From Lytechinus pictus (taxonomy: Eukaryota): 64,000 nt of DNA. This document shows positions 25,657 to 37,180 of the stretch, one piece after another (the first letter of the stretch is position 1; every line of letters starts with the position of its first letter). Location: assembly GCF_037042905.1 (NCBI RefSeq), contig NC_087251.1, positions 40,736,001 to 40,800,000 of the forward strand, given 5' to 3'. A program made the translations under genes and the position numbers. The notes under the pieces were generated by a model. It had not been told where the DNA came from. It did no database searches and saw only the letters and a program-made list of their open reading frames with translations.

Positions 25657-25718
25657 CAAAAGTGGCGCATGTGATGCAGCGCCTCATGTTTCACCGGAGC
25701 CAGTCATTCTTCATTACT
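25402..25718. repeat. ~317-bp palindrome (foldback element) abutting the LINE RT 3' end
   Basis: agtaatgaagaatgactggctccggtgaaacatgaggcgctgcatcacatgcgccacttttgaa is matched exactly in reverse complement. A-tract pairs with T-tract. No TSD. Confidence 0.85.
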
Positions 25719-27252
25719 GATTGCCACTTCAGTGACTGCAACAAAGAAATTTGTGATATATAATCTTTTTTCAAAAGCATTCTGGCATATTTATTTTGAA
25801 GTTTTTGTATCTTATCTAAATGTATTTTTGCACTGCTTCCCCATGATGTAATACAGTAATCAATGTAAGGTAAAATCATAGAAAAGTACGGCTTCTTCAT
25901 GATATCAAAGGACAGTAAGTGCTTAATCCGCTTTACACAACCTATTGCCCGAGATATTTTACAAACGATATTAGTAATATGTTCGCACCAAGTCAAGCCC
26001 GGATCGAGCATGACACCTAAGTATTTAATCTTTTTTACATTTTCTAATTGTATGTTCCTGAATTTCACTGACAAATGAGCACCCCTCAACTTTTTCTTTT
26101 GACCAAATACCATGGCTTTTGTTTTTTGCGGGTGTAAATGCATATTATTTAAGTCTAGCCATTTACTTATTGAATCAAAATCATCTTGCAAATACTTTTG
26201 TACCTCCTTAATTGATTCACCGTGATTAAAAATGGCGGTATCATCAGCATAAAGAGACATTTTAGAATGTACATGCAATTTCAAATTACACATGTCATTA
26301 ATAAAAATACAAAATATCAATGGACCCAGTATAGATCCTTGTGGGACACCTGATTTTATCTTCAAAAATTCACTGCGACAACTGTTAATCATTACAAATT
26401 GCCTTCTGTCTGTTAAATACGATTCCATCCAGTTGTATTCATTGCCAGTAATACCATAGTACTTAAGTTTTGCAAGTATACAATTGTGAGGAATAACATC
26501 AAAAGCTTTGCGTAAGTCCAAGAAAATACCACCAGTAACATGTTTTCGGTCTGTTTTATCATACAAAAAGTCTGTAATCTCAGTTAGACAAGTGGCAGTA
26601 GAATAAGACGGTCTGAAGCCAGACTGACAATTTGCAAGTAGATCATTTACATTTAAGTACTTATACAATTGATCATGTATTGTTCTCTCTAGTATTTTGG
26701 ACAGGACTGGAAGCACAGAAATTGGTCTATAATTGTCAATATCAAATGATCCTCCCTTATGTACAGGAGGAATTCTTGCTGTTTTGAAATCTTCTGGAAT
26801 AACACTAGTTTGTAAAGTTGCATTTAATAAATGGGTTAAAGGGCCAGCTATACTCTCTGCTGCCAGCTTAAGAAACTTAAGGTGAATGCCATCTACTCCG
26901 ACCGCTTTTGAACAATCAATATGTAATAGTTCTTTCAAAACATACTCCTTTTTGATTGCATAAAATTTAAATTCACAATCTGGAATAAACAGAGTTTGCA
27001 AATTGTTTAATAAATCTTTCGAGAAATTACCCGAAGCGGCTTGCAACCTTGAGCCGACTTCATTAAAGGCTTTGGGGGCTTTGTTTAGAACGTGAGCTAT
27101 TTCATTGTTAGGTATTTGATCATTATCAATTGTTAATTTAACATCATGACTCGTGGTTTTATTTTTCTTATATAGGTATAAGCTTCGATAAAATGTTCCA
27201 GTTCTTTTTTATGTCATTTTCGCAGTCCTTAAATTTGTCCTGATAATACTCT
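25719..27252 (-). mobile_element. Non-LTR retrotransposon (CR1/L2-type) ORF2 fragment; reverse transcriptase frame open 27046-25691
   Basis: Motifs NYRPISVLPVLSKILE, QSGFR, FLDLRKAFD, GVPQGSILGP, YADD and KYLGVMLD. A frameshifted YY..F..W linker lies upstream. No endonuclease domain and no 3' tail. Confidence 0.93.
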
Positions 27253-28665
27253 GTAAAAATTTATGTTTTATGATCTGAATATCAACATTTTCTGCTCGGA
27301 CTGCGCGCTCGCAAAATTTGATTTGTCAGGTACCTTATTACTTTCCTGTATTCCGTAAAGTTCTAAAAATATCCCTATTGCATGTCTAAACGTATCAGAT
27401 TGTCAAAACGTATCAGCTAGCCGCGCTGTACGCTCGCATTTTGATTGGTGCGGTATGTATATCTCAATATAAATTATATTTACAAACAACTTAAAATCCC
27501 CATTTCATGACAGTTTATCAAAATTTCGGCTTGCGATTTGTGCTCGCATTGATTGTTGAAAATAAATTAACTCATGCGTCTTATTCATAATTAAAAGTAC
27601 CTCAAATGTCCAGTTTTCAGGCCATGTAACAGATTTTGTGCTCTCATTGCTTATTAGATTGATAATTAAGATATTAATTTAATAATCAAATTGTCCCTTT
27701 TTCAGAACAAGTTTCATCTCGCGCTTAGAAAGAGAAATATAGGAAGATAGTCATCATGTTCATAATAATGACATGATTTTTTATAAATGTCCCGGTCCTA
27801 TGTCAAAATTCAAAGCAATAATAATAAAACATATCAGCTCTTTTTTAACACCTTAATCCATATCTACCTCACAATTTTCCTACAGAGCCTAAATTGACCT
27901 TTTTTTGGCGCTCGCTTTATTAATTTTCATGATAAAAAGGTATTTAGAATGCTCAGATTTTAAGTCGGAATCTCGAACACGCGCGCGCATGTTTATTCAG
28001 ATACTCAGCTTGTTCTCTAATCATTATCCAGTTTCAGATCACAATATTAAAAAATTTCCGGTCGCGCTTTGCGCTCGTATTATTATAGAAATATTTCCAT
28101 TTACTCATCCTTTTCATGATATACAAGACATGAATAGAGTGTCCCATTTTTAGGTGTAAATCTCGAATTTTTCCGCTCGTGCTTCGCGCTCGCATCAATT
28201 GTTTAGTTATGTACTTATCCTTTTTTACGATTACAAAAGTGCTTAGAATTTTCATTCTTTAGGTAGAAATGTCAAAAATTTTAAGCAGCCGTTAACAGAT
28301 CCTTTTTTATCAAATCAAAACGTAAATTAAAAATTTATGCTCGAGCTTCGCGCTCGCACTAATTATTTAGTTGAATACACATCTCGTTTAAAATCACAAA
28401 CATTGCCCAGAATGTTTAAATTTTAGGAAAAATGCATGAAATTAAAAAAATAGCTCGCGCTTTGCGCTCGTAATATTTGAATAAGGCTTAAGAGGTTATT
28501 GTATATTTTTGGTATGTTGATTTATAACAACAAAGCTTAGAAGGTCCATATGGGACTACCCCTTCAAAGAAATAAACAAATATCAACTTCGAGCGGCCGA
28601 TCGGGGAAAATGTGGTAAAAAAAATTCTCACCCCTTCCTATTGGCGAAGGCTGGATCCGCCCCTG
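27253..28665. mobile_element. Second copy of the GCTCGCGCTTCGCGCTCGC minisatellite-type element
   Basis: Colinear with 23670-25290 and ends in the same ggctggatccgcccctg terminus. Confidence 0.75.
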
Positions 28666-28925
28666 TTGGTCCACTTCCTGGTCCACCTATGTAACTATAT
28701 GTGGCACCTCTTCCTTTTTTTTTACGTTTTAGCTTCGTTGACCCCCCCCCCCTTTTTTTTTTGTTTATCCCTAGCCCCCGATGATCTGTTTGCACTTTCA
28801 TCATCATTCGATCGCGATTAATAAAATCACGACATTGGACCTGACTGGCCACAATCTCTTCTCCACTCATGCTGCCGTCACATCTCTCCTGATCATGCAT
28901 GGCCCTGGGAAGAGGGGGTGCTGCC

Positions 28926-29195
28926 CACTAGCGTACCTACGGGGGGGGGGGGGGCAGAGGGGGCAGACTGCCCCCCTGACGAGTCACAACCCATGCAAGG
29001 GACATATCCCTGCCCCCCCCCCCCCTGAAGTCTTGAAGACCTTTTTTTTTTGCTTGTGACGTTTTTTTCTGGTACGAAATGCTTTATTTGTGGTTGAAAA
29101 CCGAAAACTTTTTTTTTTTGTTTTTTTTTTTGCTTGTCAATTTTTTGGCGGACGAATTTGCCCCCCCCCTGTTGAAAATCCTAGGTACGCCACTG
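28926..29195. mobile_element. hAT-type MITE nested in another MITE (~28897-29410)
   Basis: TIR cactagcgtaccta / taggtacgccactg and exact 8-bp TSD gtgctgcc. Confidence 0.85.
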
Positions 29196-30089
29196 GTGCT
29201 GCCCCTGTTGCGTGATAGGCAGCACCCCTGGAATTCTAAAAGGGTTGAAAAATGGGAAAATGGAACCAAAATGACCTTCATTTTTAGTAAATTTTTTAGG
29301 AAACTTTCCTCGGGACCTAAATGACCCCTATTTTGTAGTGATCGGAAACCTTTTTTTTTTTGCTTTTCAAATTTACATCAGCAACCCAGTAAAAAAATCG
29401 TTCCAAGGTAAAGCCATCGAAGGGAAATGTGACTGCGCCATTATCCTTTGCCTCTTTTAGGTCTGATCAAGTGACTATACCCCCTTTTCCTTTTTTTTAA
29501 CGTACTAATCGTATTTATGTATTGCAATTAACACTAATATTTTTTGTACGACATTGTTGAGGGATTTTTCTCGAGGTCTTTTCATCTTTCTCATTCTGTT
29601 GTTCTTATTTATTCCGTTCATTTACATGTCTTCTTTTAGTTCCGTATTTTCACCAAAAAAAATTAATATATATTTTCAATTTCAACGTTTTATTATTTAT
29701 AGGCCTATTCTATTGTGCATGTTAAGAGGAAAGAAAGACACATAAATTAAACTTTGATCTTTTAGGAAATTACACTTTTCACTATAGCAGCCCTTGTAAT
29801 GATGTCTGATGTCTTATTATCTTAAGGCCGGGAGGTTGGTAGAATTCTCTGTCTGCCCCTTTCCTGATGTTTTTTTTTTCTTCAATAAGGTTCAAATTCA
29901 GATATGCATAACTCCCGGTCATAACTATACAAAATAAATGTGAATTTAACTGTTAGAGAGAAAGAGTATAGGCCTACTAATTGCAATTAGCTGAATAGCC
30001 TGCTTTTAGTCAGAAAAAGTCAATCTTGACATTCAATTGCCAAAATAATAAACATAATGATTGTGGGCATTAACGGAAAAACAAGAAAG

Positions 30090-30200
30090 GACATTTGCTC
30101 TATGGCGGCCGTATATACGGCGAGTCGAAAACAGCCGTTATATTCATTTTATTCAAACCACCGCCGCGCCGTAGAGCAAATTAATGTGACCGAGGTATAA
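30090..30200. mobile_element. Short palindromic MITE remnant
   Basis: acatttgctctatggcggccgta ... cgccgtagagcaaattaatgtgaccgaggta. Same family at 40797 and 42790. Confidence 0.6.
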
Positions 30201-30626
30201 GTAAAATAAGTCAATGATTGCCGATACCATACATTCCCAAATTGTCGTAATTGCGCATGCTCTGTTCAATTGCCGTGACAACAAATTGTGTCTCGGAATT
30301 TTGTAAGCCGAATAAAAGGCGAGGATTTTTAGTTTTTTCCTATTCTAACATGTGATGCTGAGGTATGATTTTGGCAATAATACTATTACTTATCATGTTC
30401 AATAAAATATTATCTTTTCTCGAAATGTTTCTAAGTAGTTTTGAGCAGCTAAAGGTTGATGACTTTGTGGCGTCTGTTCAGTTTGTACCGAGTGCAGTGT
30501 GCTGTGTGTACGGTACGGTACCTGTATGGTACCGGTACGGCGCCGCGACCACGGGCGGGTGCCACCAGCCTCTAGCTACGTAACCCAGGGAGCTCCGGCC
30601 CGCTTCGCGGGCCGGAGCCCAGGCCA

Positions 30627-32074
30627 GGGGCCGATTGCACGAAAGTGTCTTTGCAAGGACCGTTTTTCGTGTCGCCCATTTTTATGATGCGCCATGAGAA
30701 ACGCATTTCAAATAAATTATCTGCAAACATATTTTATTAGGCCCTAGTCCGTTAAAATAAACAAAATATTTGTTTATACTTACATGACTTATGTGATATC
30801 TCACAAAATTGTATAAAATTTGATTTAAAACTTTTAAAAGCAAGCTTACAAATTGTGTATTTGTTAATCATAAATTTCAGAAACACCCCGCTTATAGCGC
30901 ATCATTACCTCAAGCGAAGTTCGTGCAGGCTCCACTTCACTACCGCTACACTACGCTTCACCTACCCGAACTTCGAGACCATGAACTCGATCGGATATTC
31001 CGAGTGACAAGAGGTGGGGTTTTATGGGGAGAAAATACAAAATTCATGCAACATCACGATCTTTAAAAACAAGTGCAACTAATATTCTTACTTTACACAA
31101 AGTTTCACTTCTTTTCCATGCTTTTATCAGTCTCAAAATTGATGATTTAGAGCCAACATGAAGTTCCTCACACGTAATAATTCGCTGCCGATTTCAGAAC
31201 ATCGCATGCGCGCGAGGGTCTGAGCTCGGACCAGACCCGGTACCTCCCGCATTCGATGTTTTGAAGTCGGCAGCGCATTAATATTTATACGTGTGAGGAA
31301 CTTCATGTTGGCTCTAAATCATCAATTTTGAGACTGATAGAAGCATGGAAAAGACTAGACAGCTGGCAGCCGTCTGTTTCGAGGAGTTTTTTAACTTTTT
31401 TTTCTTTTTTTTTTTCTCCTCGTACACAGACGGCTCGCTAGCGTGCAGCCACCATTAGGGGACTTGCAATGCAAAATCCCCCCGTCGGGGCTCTTCAATT
31501 TTTGTCTTTAATAAATAAAATTTTTGAAAATTAACGTGACCAAAATGCAAATTAATATTCCCTCTTGGCATTAATTGCCAAAATCAAGTTAAAAGGAACA
31601 AAAACAGTGACTTACCTCGGCTGTCGCGCAAATTCACTTCCCCGTTTTATCCGATCTTAAGTACATAAACATATGGCCATTGAGTCCCCTGTACAGATCG
31701 CGCTAGAACTTCGGTCTCTGTATTTGGTGAGTGAAGCCAACGGAGTTCAGCTGAACAACCAACATAACAGAGACCGAAGCTTTTGGTATAGGAAAAGACG
31801 TGAAACTTTGTGTAAAGTAAGAATATTAGTTGCACTTGTTTTTAAAGATCGTGATGTTGCATGAATTTTGTATTTTCTCCCCATAAAATCCCACCTTTTG
31901 TCACTCGGAATATCCGATCGAGTTCATGGTCTCGAAGTTCGGGTAGGTGAAGCGTAGTGTAGCGGTAGTGAAGTGGAGTGGAGCCTGCACGAACTTCGCT
32001 CGAGGTAGCGCATCATAAAAGATGGGCGACATGAAAGACGGTCCTTGGAAAGACCCTTTCGTGCAATCGGCCCC
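30627..32074. mobile_element. Large foldback PIF/Harbinger-like element with nested insertions
   Basis: Termini ggggccgattgcacgaaag / ctttcgtgcaatcggcccc. Near-perfect inverted arms 30897-31200 vs 31250-31355 plus 31791-32010. Confidence 0.8.
31356..31790. mobile_element. Insertion with 9-bp TSD and TA-type termini (AcademH- or MULE-like, unclassified)
   Basis: Exact ggaaaagac duplication at 31347-31355 and 31791-31799. Subterminal hairpin cttcggtctctg...cagagaccgaag. A related end lies at 36200-36281. Confidence 0.7.
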
Positions 32075-32141
32075 ATGGCATGAGTCCACTCGTCCGTGTA
32101 TTTATATACTCTCCTTAATGGGGTAGAATGGGTTCGCAATA

Positions 32142-32462
32142 GCACTCCAAATAAAAGGGGAAAATAAATTATGCACTCACCTCAATTATAAAATGAATGA
32201 AGGTCTATTGGGACACAGAATCCTGACATGAGGCACAAGCACTGAAACTGGACCCTCTAAAAAAGGAAAAGTTAGACCTCTGTCACGTTCGTTCTCGGTA
32301 TCGAACGGCCATTTTGTTTTTAATTTTGACAGAAGGAGAACAAACGAGATAGATTTTTCCTTTTTTGAGGGTCCTGTTTGTGCCTCGATGTCAGGATTCT
32401 GTGTCAGGATAGACCTTTATCCATAAGTGCATAATTTATTTTCCCCCTTTTATTTGGAGTGC
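32142..32462. mobile_element. Foldback MITE
   Basis: gcactccaaataaaagggg ... ccccttttatttggagtgc with ~130-bp inverted arms. Confidence 0.75.
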
Positions 32463-32479
32463 GGAAATAGTTCCATATC

Positions 32480-32839
32480 TATGGCACTATGCACCCCGCA
32501 CAGCATAACAAAACCGCACAGCATAACAAAAGATTGTTGAGACTTCCGGTTCATTCACTTCAGATATTTCTATCATTTTTTTTTTTACTGTTGCTTACCT
32601 TAGGCTTAGTTGGGACTCAAAGTCTCAAACTCACCTCATTTTATCTGCAGTCGAGACCTTTTCCTGCTATGCTAGCGAGAAACGTTGATACTCGAAGGGG
32701 TATTTTTACGACTTTCGCCGATAGTTCGACTAGTCTAGACTGACTCACAGACCCTTTACTGACTAAATAAACCAATGTCTATGGACAATTACACGCACTA
32801 GATCCTGCTCGAAATTTGACGGAATAAAGCCATATTTTG
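32480..32839 (+). promoter_or_regulatory. Candidate TTLL5 promoter and non-coding first exon
   Basis: CpG-enriched stretch with ETS-type acttccgg (~32543) and donor g|gtatgt at 32840, ~1.9 kb upstream of the ATG exon acceptor. Inferred only. Confidence 0.4.
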
Positions 32840-33345
32840 GTATGTATTTCCACTCCCCCATCATACATGTAAAATGTTTATGTTCTAAGGGCTAGATATA
32901 TTATTCTGAACCTTCTCCATGTTTTTATTTTCAATTTTAGTGAGGGTGCATATGGAACTCTTGCCTGGAGTTAGGGTTGCAAAGGGCTGGAAATTTTTGA
33001 AAATTTGCATTGAAAGTTTCAGGAATTTTCAGCTGCCAGGAAATTGATAAATTCTGTTTTTAAATACAAAATTAGAAATAGATATCCTCAAATATTATAC
33101 TTTCCATTTGTATCTAAACTAATATTCATCAAACTGTACATGAACACATTATAGTTCATGTATCCATTAACACGATGGAGCATTATGTACAAAATGAAGC
33201 TTTTAATTTCAAGTAAAAAAAAAACAAAAAAACTTTGCATTTATACACTATATTTTATTTTTCTTTAAATGTCAAAGGTTTTTTTTATGTGAGAACCTGC
33301 CATTGTATAATAACATGTTACTAGAACATTGCCCCCTACATGTAT

Positions 33346-33690
33346 TCTGCATGCACAGACCCTTATTGAAACTTTGATCCACAAGTGGGTCTTGACACAA
33401 GACTAGCACGAGTACAACTTTCTGTTGAAGAAAAGGACCTTCTGTACACAAGTCATTGGCAGAAACCTTAGGCTGCATATTCAGACCACTTTCCTCAAGT
33501 GAAGGGTTTGCACTTGTCTGCTGTGCAAAGGCAAAGCCTTCACTCAAGTTAAGGGTCTGAATGTGCAGCCTATTCATGCCTTGTGTACTGAAGGCCCTCT
33601 CGCTCAGGAAACGGCAAGATTTTATGTGCTAGTCTTTGCGTGGAGACCCACTTGTTGATCAAAGTTTCAATCAGGGTCTGTGCCTGCAGA
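33346..33690. mobile_element. Palindromic MITE
   Basis: tctgcatgcacagacccttattgaaactttgatc ... gatcaaagtttcaatcagggtctgtgcctgcaga. Confidence 0.65.
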
Positions 33691-33989
33691 TAAAACAGCA
33701 TACCATGCTGGGTTGTACAGGACTCAGAACATCTTGTCACCTTGGGCTTAATAGTTTAATCAATCGTCAGCTTTGTTGCAAATAAGTGAAGAGTATGTGG
33801 ATGATATACATTTTAGATATTACATTTCCTATTTTTAATGTTCTTTGATATAATTTCTTTTATAGGAATGTGAAAGAATGTGGTAGTGATTTATGTGTGG
33901 CAGAAATTTATGATGATAATTAATGAATATTCAGATCATTGGTACTAATGTGGGATAATGATATACAGCTCATAAAAACATTGTATTAA

Positions 33990-34573
33990 AGGAGAATGAA
34001 ATCTTTGAAAAAAGATAGCCTGTGTGAAAACAGAAAAATCAAAGAAACAGATCAACGAAAGTTTGAGAAAAATCTGAAAAATAATGAGAAAGTTATGAGC
34101 ATTTGAATAATGCGATCACTAATTCTATGGAGATCCTCACATTGGCAATGCGACAAAGATGTGCGATGTCATTTGAGAACAACTCTCCCCATTACTTTAG
34201 TATATATTTCACTTAAACTGCCTCTTTTATCACATCTATCAGTTGATCGTGTGTTCTTTCTATAGGAGGGCATGTAATACAGATTTTTAAAGAATATATC
34301 ATGGATAAAGAGCTTGTATCACCATAAGAAAAAGCAGTAAGAGACATTTTGGGGGTATTTTATAGTCCATCAAAGGGAAAGTTGTTCACATGTGACATCA
34401 CACATCCTTGTCGCATTGCCAATGCAAGGATCTCCATGGCATTAGTGATTGCAATATTCAAATGCTAATAACTTTCTCATTATTTGTCTGATTTTTCTCA
34501 AACTTTCATGGTTCTTATTCTTTGATTTTCTGTTCCGACACAAGCCTACTCGTTCCAAAGGTTTCATTCCCCT
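33990..34573. mobile_element. Kolobok-type MITE (family B)
   Basis: TTAA|AGGAGAATGAAA ... TTTCATTCCCCT|TTAA with long imperfect TIRs. Confidence 0.82.
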
Positions 34574-34718
34574 TTAAGCGTTTTATCATCATTGTTATTA
34601 TTCTTTTATTTATATACATGTAAACAGATGATACACTCCCCTTTTTTCTTTTCTTCATTCTATAAACAGATAATACACTCCTTTTTATCACCAATGGACT
34701 AGGCGTTTTGAATTCAAT

Positions 34719-34903
34719 ATGGCATCCAGTGTATCATCTGATAATGATGATGATTATGATTCTGATGTTACATGTGGGAGCAGTGACACAGATGATAAAG
34801 ATTCATATGACAGTGGTAACTCCTCAAACGATGCCGACACAGGCAATGATGAGAGTGAGGAGGAGAGCGAGGACGATGATGACGATGATGACAGGGGATC
34901 AGG
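34719..34903 (+). CDS. TTLL5: Tubulin polyglutamylase TTLL5, first coding exon (acidic N-terminus)
   Basis: Reads MASSVSSDNDDDYDSD...EEESEDDDDDDDRGS(G). Acceptor at 34669; donor gtaagt at 34904; phase 2 matches the next exon. Confidence 0.8.
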
Positions 34904-35040
34904 GTAAGTACATGTCATCATGTACCTTAAGAATTGAAAAAAAATATCCATCTTAATCATTTTGGAAGAAGCAAAGAAGAACACAGGATGGCTCTTTCAT
35001 TGCAATCTTAAGAAGTTCTTAGATTACATTTGTTCATTAA

Positions 35041-37180
35041 AGGACAAGTCCACCCCAGAAAAATGTTGATTTGAATAAATAGAGAATTATCAAACTAGCC
35101 TAACGCTGAAAGTTTCATCAAAATCGGATGTAAAATAAGAAAGTTATGACATTTTATAAAGTTTCACTTATTTTCACAAAACATATTATGCACAACTCAG
35201 TGACATGCCAATGAGACAGTCAATGATGTCCATCACTCACTGTTTCTTTTGTTTTTTATTGTTTGAATTATACAATATTTCATTTTTTACAGATTTGACA
35301 ATAGGGACCAACTTGACTGAATCATATAGTTTTAAGCAATGCTAGTTCCACATGTTCATGGAGGAATCAATCGTTGTTTTACTTGACAATAAGGAGAAAA
35401 TCAGAATATTTCTTTTTTCATGTAAGAGAATGCAAAAGAAATAGTGAGTGTATGACATCATCAGTCTCCTCATTGCATACCGACCAGGGGAAAAAATACA
35501 CGGGAACGTTGAGCGATTTCGCTCTCTTCAGCTTTGAAATCGCACTTGCAAACCCAATAGAGAGAGCGATCGGGAAAAAAAAATCGTTCCCGTGATCTTG
35601 TGTACAGTAACTAGCTCGGCCATACGTCCGCTGTCTTCCCTTCGTGCGTGGGTTATAACGTGCACGTAATGTACCATTCACATTCACAAAGCTCAGCGCA
35701 GTGAGCGCACTAGTACGGTAAATACGGTAGATGAAAAAATGGCAGCCGTGTGTTGCTGCCCTCTACGTTCAATGAGGTGTGCTTTTTATCAAGGCTTTCC
35801 AATTATAATTTTCGATATCCTGGCGAATCAATGCGAGCGACAAGTTCGGAACGCACGCACGTAGATTACAAGCGCAAAGCAGCGGCACAAATCGCGATAT
35901 ATACATGTAGCGACTGGTAAATACGTCTGTAAGGATGATGACGTCATCCAAGATGGCAACTTACGTTGACCAACGAAAGGATCGAAGATGACGATGTTTC
36001 GATATCATTTGAAAGGAATTAGCTGTAACTGCGGTCTAAGGTACGAAACTTCTGAATTTTATACATTTTCTCGTAAATATGGATGTAATTTCTTTTTCAT
36101 AATGTGACATTTTATGTACAAAAAACGATCGGAAAATCAGGTTTCCGAATATTAGATCTAACGTTACTGCTCATACATTGTCTACGTACGGGCCTCCAAG
36201 GTCTTCAGTCTATGTATTGGTGAGTGAGCCAACGCAGTTCAGCAGAACAACCAAAATACAGAGACTGAAGCTTTTGGTCTACTGCCAGGCCTGTCGTGCG
36301 TATGCTGCTCGCTCCGGTCCCCATCGGAAAGGGGTAGTTGTGAGCTTTGGTGATCAGTTCATTTCAGGCTCTAGTCACGTGAAAAAGCATTCAGCTATGA
36401 GGCATACCACGTTCCTCATTTATTATGAGCATTAAGCATTTGTTCCTAAGGAAACTGCTCACCAAATTATGCTTATTTACTAATCAAAATCCATGAGAAG
36501 TGTACTCTATTCTATTGGATACTGTACAAAACATATTGAATACCAGCCTTTCATGTATTATTTTACAGTTGTATAGTAACCTCTCTTTATCTCTTTCAAA
36601 GTTTCAGGATCACTCACACAGCCACATTAAAAATTTGATAATCAGATTTTTCTACAATAGCACTGAATAAAGACAAATGGCAATATATATCTAAGTAAAT
36701 CATTCATTAGGGCCTACTTTTATTAGTAAAAAAAATAGTAGAGATGGCACATTTAATCAAATGGCATTATTGTAATCATTAATTTTGTTAGTAAAAGAAA
36801 TAAAGAAATAGTACGGATGGCACATTAAAATACAATTTAACGTGTCAAAATTATAATAATTACAAATGATATGTTTCCTTTTTTTATTTTAAAAATGGCT
36901 CTAGCAAATTAAAAACTGGCTCTTGGAAATTGAAAAATGGCTCCCATAAATTTGTGACCAGTGAGAAAAATGGCTCCTGTAAAAAAATAGTATTTTTTTC
37001 CTTGATACCGACCGAGATGTGCGTATAACTGTTTTGTGAAATTAAGCAAAACTTGTCGTAATGGCCGTAATGTTGTAACTTTTTTGTTTTACATCCGATT
37101 TTGATGAATTTTTCAGTGTTTTGCTTGTTGGATTTTTCTCTTTTTATTCAAATCAACTTCTGTTAGGGTGGACTTGTCTT
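35041..37180. mobile_element. Kolobok-type MITE family A interrupted by a hAT-type element
   Basis: TTAA|AGGACAAGTCCACCCC ... GGGTGGACTTGTCTT|TTAA. Confidence 0.82.
35485..37004. mobile_element. hAT-type non-autonomous element
   Basis: TIR caggggaaaaaatac / gtatttttttccttg, exact 8-bp TSD ataccgac, and subterminal aaatggctc repeats. Confidence 0.85.

Noticed and set aside
25691..27046. Retron, DGR, telomerase or group II intron RT
   Set aside because: The motifs (YRPIS.L..LSKILE, QSGFR, GVPQGS.LGP, KYLG) are typical non-LTR ORF2, and a second decayed relative lies at 38020.
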